Part shown: positions 60,939-64,000 of the stretch, one piece after another
Position numbering within the stretch: the stretch's first letter is position 1
Layout of the letters: each line of letters opens with the position of its first letter
Assembly: GCF_009914755.1 (NCBI RefSeq)
Contig: NC_060936.1
DNA: 64,000 bases
Source of the DNA: the human T2T-CHM13v2.0 reference genome, Homo sapiens
Direction: 5' to 3' (one strand)
The notes under the pieces: generated by a model
Databases searched by the model: none
The model's input: only the letters and a program-made list of their open reading frames with translations
What the model was told of the DNA's origin: nothing
Made by a program: the position numbers and the translations under genes

Positions 60939-61983
60939 CAAAATAAGATCTTTTCTATCTTTATATCTTGACAAATAGATTTTATAACTACGTAGGAGGT
61001 GAGGTTTGAACATTTGAAACTCTGTGACCCCTTGGAATTTTACAATGGAAAGTGACTTTTGGGGGAGAGATGCCACGTGGTCTTTTCCCTTTTCCATCAA
61101 GTACCACTAAGGGCCACACACTGCATGTACATGGACACCTCAGGATCCTATCCAAGCACCATCCACAATCCCCCCATACAGTTGCCCCTTGACTATGCTT
61201 TGGGACCAGAGGGGCACACTGATGGAACAGTCTGCTCTTGGGAAGACAGACCCAGGGAAGAGGCTAGTGCAGGCCTTGGGAATAAACTCAGGTATTTTCT
61301 TCCTGAAAATTCTGGGGCCTCAAGTACCCACATCATGTTGTAGAAGGGACTATGTAGACTCTGGAAGGACACAATTTCATAAATGCGTCAGCTCCTTGAG
61401 TCATCGAGAAGGGCATAGATAGGGACAGGAAAGATTGGGGCCCACTAAAGGCCCTCTTTCATAGCGCTGCTGTTTTTCTGCTCATTTTTTTTTAAAGACA
61501 CCATGGCATTCTTATATAACATTTCTCCATTTATCTTAAGCTAGTTTGATGTGGTTTATATTAGTTGTAATAAATGAAACCTAGCAAAATCAGGATGCTA
61601 AACTAGGAGACTTTGAATTGCTGATCCAATTAGAATTTTATTACCTGACTTTATATATTTGTGATGCTTTTAGTGTACAAAGTGATTTCATATTCACTTT
61701 ATAATTCCCACAGTACCCTATGAGGTAAAAATCTCTTCCCCTTTTGCAGATATAGAAACTGAAGCTCAACTAACTTGTTCAACTTGCCAAACAAGATTCC
61801 TTATGGATCTATTTCTTTCCAGACATTGATGTGCCTAAAGAAAGCAATCAGTAGGTGCTAACAGTAAAGCAAAGTGCATGTTAATAGGAAAGCATCTCTT
61901 CTCACAAAAACTATTAAGAAAAGAGAAAAAAATAGGCAAAAATATCATTTTTGAAAAATAGACAAAAACATCATGCAAATGTT

Positions 61984-62273
61984 AGTCAGGTGTGGTGGCC
62001 CAAGCTGCAATTCCAGCACTTTGGGAGGCCAAAGTGGGCAGTTGCCTTGAACCCAGGAGTTCGAGACTAGTCTGGACAACTTAATGAAACCCCATCTTTA
62101 CAAAAAATACAAAAATTAGCCAGGCACAGTGGTGCACAACTGTATTCCCAGCTACTCTGGAAGCTGAGGTGGGAGTATCACCTAAGCCCAGAGAGGTTAA
62201 GGCTGCAATGAGCTGTGATTGCGCCACTGCACTCCAGCCTAAGTGACAGAGCAACACCCTGTCTAAAAAAAAA
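61984..62273 (+). mobile_element. AluJ
   Basis: Full diverged dimer; atgcaaatg flanks. Confidence 0.93.
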
Positions 62274-63163
62274 TGCAAATGGTAAGAATCAGAGACTTCA
62301 GCTGGTAGTGTCCTTTCATTTGGTGGCCTGCACCCGGTGCTAAGCTAGAAGTATACTTTCTAAGTGTGGGTGTGCAAGATGTAAAGCCAAGAAGGACTTT
62401 TTCCAGAGTCAATGGGAATTTGGGATGGGGAGGGGAAGCAGGTATTAAATCTCTAACTGAGGTATGCAGGGATTCTACAGGTAGCTGGTTCTATCTCTGG
62501 TTACAGAATGAAAACAAAGGTGTGGAATGTGGGCAGGGCACTCTTCTCTGGTTTTGGCAATCTGCCTCCCTGAAAATGGAGTTGGGGCAGATGCACAGAG
62601 CATAAGTCTACTGGTATTTAATAGCACCTTTGAGCAGCCCAAGGAATGGTGGTGGTTGTATGTATGTATGTATGTATGTATGTGTGTGCATATGTGTGTC
62701 CTTCAAGCCAACTAATACACTGCAATTATTATGGTGTATTCATTTTCACACTGCTATAAAGATACTATCTGAGACTGGGTAATTTATAAACAAAAGAGGT
62801 TAAATTGACTCACAGTTCCACATGGCTGGGGAGGCCTCAGGAAACTTACAATAATGGCACAAGGTGAAGGGAAAACAAGTACCTTCATCACAAGGTGAGA
62901 AGAGAGAAAGAGAGAGCTCAAGGGAAACTGCCACTTTTAAACCATCAGATCTCGTGAGAACTATCTCACTATCACAAGAATAGTATGATGGAAACCACCT
63001 CCATGATCTAATCACCTACCACCAGGTCCCTTCTTCAAAATATGGGAATGACAATTCAAATGTGAGATGAGATTTGGGTGGGGACACAGAGCCAAACCAT
63101 ATCATTCCACCCCTCTCAACTCCCAAATCTCATGTCCTTTTCACATTTCAAAACCAATCATGT

Positions 63164-63495
<332 letters not shown>

Positions 63496-63567
63496 CCAAA
63501 CATGCAATCATGCATGACTTTGGAAAAGCCATAACTCATTTCAGCATTAACTTAAAAGTCCAAATCC

Positions 63568-63910
<343 letters not shown>

Positions 63911-64000
63911 CTATGAGCCTGTAAACTCAAAAGCAAGTTAGTTACTTCCAAGATACAGTGGGGGTACAGGAATTGGGTAAATGTTCCCATTCCAAATAAG

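Overview
AT-rich, repeat-dense, non-coding DNA from a catarrhine primate (AluY, L1PA7/8 and LTR12 are present; probably human or ape), intergenic or deep intronic. I find no credible protein-coding exon: the ORF track traces to Alu, L1, LTR, L2 or low-complexity sequence. The only gene-derived feature is a decayed minus-strand processed pseudogene of SNRPG (Sm G) at ~49.5-50.0 kb, which the ORF track misses. The rest is about 33 Alu units, four L1s (one twin-primed 5' inversion), solo LTRs (LTR12, MER51, THE1C, MSTD, MLT1), a THE1/MST LTR plus internal region running off the right edge, hAT MITEs, a tRNA-derived MamSINE1-like copy, and CTG and ATTCT microsatellites. The best lead is a hypothesis only: the solo LTR12 has an altered core promoter (G17 run) and a good splice donor, and points leftwards toward several minus-strand non-coding exon candidates, one holding the CAG/CTG repeat. 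An unexplained 86-nt hairpin lies at 45.2-45.3 kb. Repeat subfamily names are from recalled consensus sequences and need RepeatMasker/Dfam confirmation. The sequence alone does not demonstrate a new biological system.
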